Shown: piece by piece, positions 62,980 through 64,000 of the stretch
Position numbering within the stretch: position 1 is the first letter of the stretch
How the letters are laid out: the number at the start of each line of letters is the position of its first letter
Source of the DNA: Caerostris darwini
Lineage: Eukaryota
Assembly (NCBI GenBank): GCA_021605075.1
Contig: BPLQ01011166.1
Span: forward strand, 407,264 to 471,263
Length of the DNA stretch: 64,000 bases
Reading direction: 5' to 3'
Position numbers and translations under genes: made by a program
Notes under the pieces: model-generated
What the model was told of the DNA's origin: nothing
The model's database searches: none
What the model saw: the letters and a program-made list of their open reading frames with translations, nothing else

Positions 62980-63125
62980 GACTTGAATGGCCAATTGGCT
63001 AGCGCTCTGACGCTCGGTACCACAGATTTCAGGTTCGAGTCCCGACGGTGCCATTGATGTTTGTAATGGTTCGGAATCCACTTTAAACCATAGGTCCCGG
63101 TCTAACATGATCGTGGTGAGTGACG
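62980..63125 (+). mobile_element. tRNA-derived SINE copy (plus), right member of the inverted pair
   Basis: GGACTTGAATGGCCAATTGGCTAGCGCTCTGACGCTCGGTACCACAGATTTCAGGTTCGAGTCCCGACGGTGCCATTGATGTTTGTAATGGTTCGGAATCCACTTTAAACCATAGGTCCCGGTCTAACATGA. Confidence 0.7.
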
Positions 63126-63539
63126 TATTAAAATAGGGAAAGCGAACTGTTCCTATATAGTGATTAGGGGATTATAGTCCTTGTTGCTTCGTATACCCAT
63201 CCATTCATTCCTCCTCGTTGTGTGTTATCAGGTCAATCCGTTCTATAGATTAATTTTCCAGATGAGTGGAGCCGATCTTGATAATTGAGAAATATTTCTT
63301 GTATGAAGAAAACAAATTAAGCAAATAGGATTTATTAGCTCTGACGTCGCGAATTATCCATTTTAAATTGTGTAATGGAGCATTTATTGAACATGAAAAC
63401 AAAAATTAAGCGGAAACAATAGAAAAATTAATAAATAAAAAAAAAAGGTGTCTAAACTTCTTATTTAGCTCTCTGAACTGATTGTTAAGCCGACCACTGT
63501 GTTGTTTAAATTTTGCAGAATTTCGAAGCCCAATTTTCC

Positions 63540-63670
63540 TGCTTTTAATTTTTTTTTTATCTTACTTCATTACATTTATATCTTACTTCATTTTATCTTA
63601 CTTTATTTTTTTTTTTATCTTACTTTTTATCCCTTCAGTACACTACTTATTTGTAGTGTACTGAAGGGAT
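63540..63670. repeat. Degenerate tandem repeat (TATCTTACTT-containing units) followed by a small palindrome CAGTACACTAC…GTAGTGTACTG
   Basis: tatcttacttcattacatttatatcttacttcattttatcttactttattttttttttttatcttactttttatccc; cagtacactacttatttgtagtgtactg. Confidence 0.6.
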
Positions 63671-64000
63671 AGTGTACTTTCTTCATCACTTGGCTGAGTG
63701 AGATAAGGGACACAGTAATGTTTCCAGTCAAAAGTTTTAATGGTTAAGAAGATTATAGGCGAAATATTTTGATCATTACCTGAGTTTCAGTGGCTTGCTG
63801 CTTTAATATTGTAAAGAGTTCATCTTTAATGTAACCAGAATTTACAACAAGGGTAGATTTAAGTTTAGAAGAAAAGGAATCTTCTTACTGAAATGAATAG
63901 GATATAACCTCCAAGATTCTATAAACGAAAGACGATTAAGAGTCTTAAATTTTAAACAATCTTCCTTAGTTTCCCGTTTAGAACATGTAGTATCCATGGC

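Overview
AT-rich eukaryotic genomic DNA (about 70% A+T with introns, most likely an invertebrate or arthropod). Almost everything recognisable is transposable-element sequence plus a few host genes. Read directly from the sequence: (1) A family of tRNA-derived SINEs is present in at least 12 copies, all sharing the core ...CCATGGATGTTTGTAGTGGTTCGGAATCCACTTTAA(A/G)CCGTAGGTCCCGGTCT.... Two copies (5436-5839, 10551-10937) carry a complete 5S-rRNA-like sequence fused 5' of the tRNA-like head, and each whole unit is flanked by 12-14 bp target-site duplications, so this is a composite 5S+tRNA SINE. (2) A complete Tc1-like DNA transposon (61458-62675) has perfect 27-bp TIRs, a TA TSD and an uninterrupted 348-aa DDE transposase. 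There is also a frameshifted DD34E Tc1-like transposase pseudogene (12054-13233). (3) A Ty3/gypsy-type LTR retrotransposon (47899-52512) has identical 211-bp LTRs (TG..CA), a 4-bp TSD GGTT, a PPT, and intact gag-PR and integrase ORFs. Its RT-RNaseH region is broken by about six frameshifts, every one at a homopolymer run. (4) Two head-to-head copies of one non-LTR (APE-type LINE) family lie at ~53124-55503 (minus, 793 open codons, 5'-truncated in the endonuclease) and ~56285-58150 (plus, degenerate), and an orphan LINE 3' fragment at 46455-46640. (5) Two internally deleted mariner-like elements (6414-7313, 36911-37734). (6) Three related MITEs with CAGGG...CAAACT termini (8252-8989, 10956-11472, 55847-56156) and a 266-bp TIR MITE nested inside a SINE (18133-18398). 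Host genes: a canonical histone H2B (59391-59759) that stands alone, with no H2A partner and no recognisable 3' stem-loop; a minus-strand gene with a 419-codon S/N-rich exon (1790-3047) spliced in phase to a single-C2H2 zinc-finger exon (590-730); two candidate minus-strand exons (23543-23850, 22230-22382); and an intact intronless 388-aa ORF of unknown family (15492-16658) that could be an endogenised viral/TE gene or an orphan host gene. Microsatellites, minisatellites and palindromes are also listed. No prokaryotic-type features (CRISPR, operons) are present.
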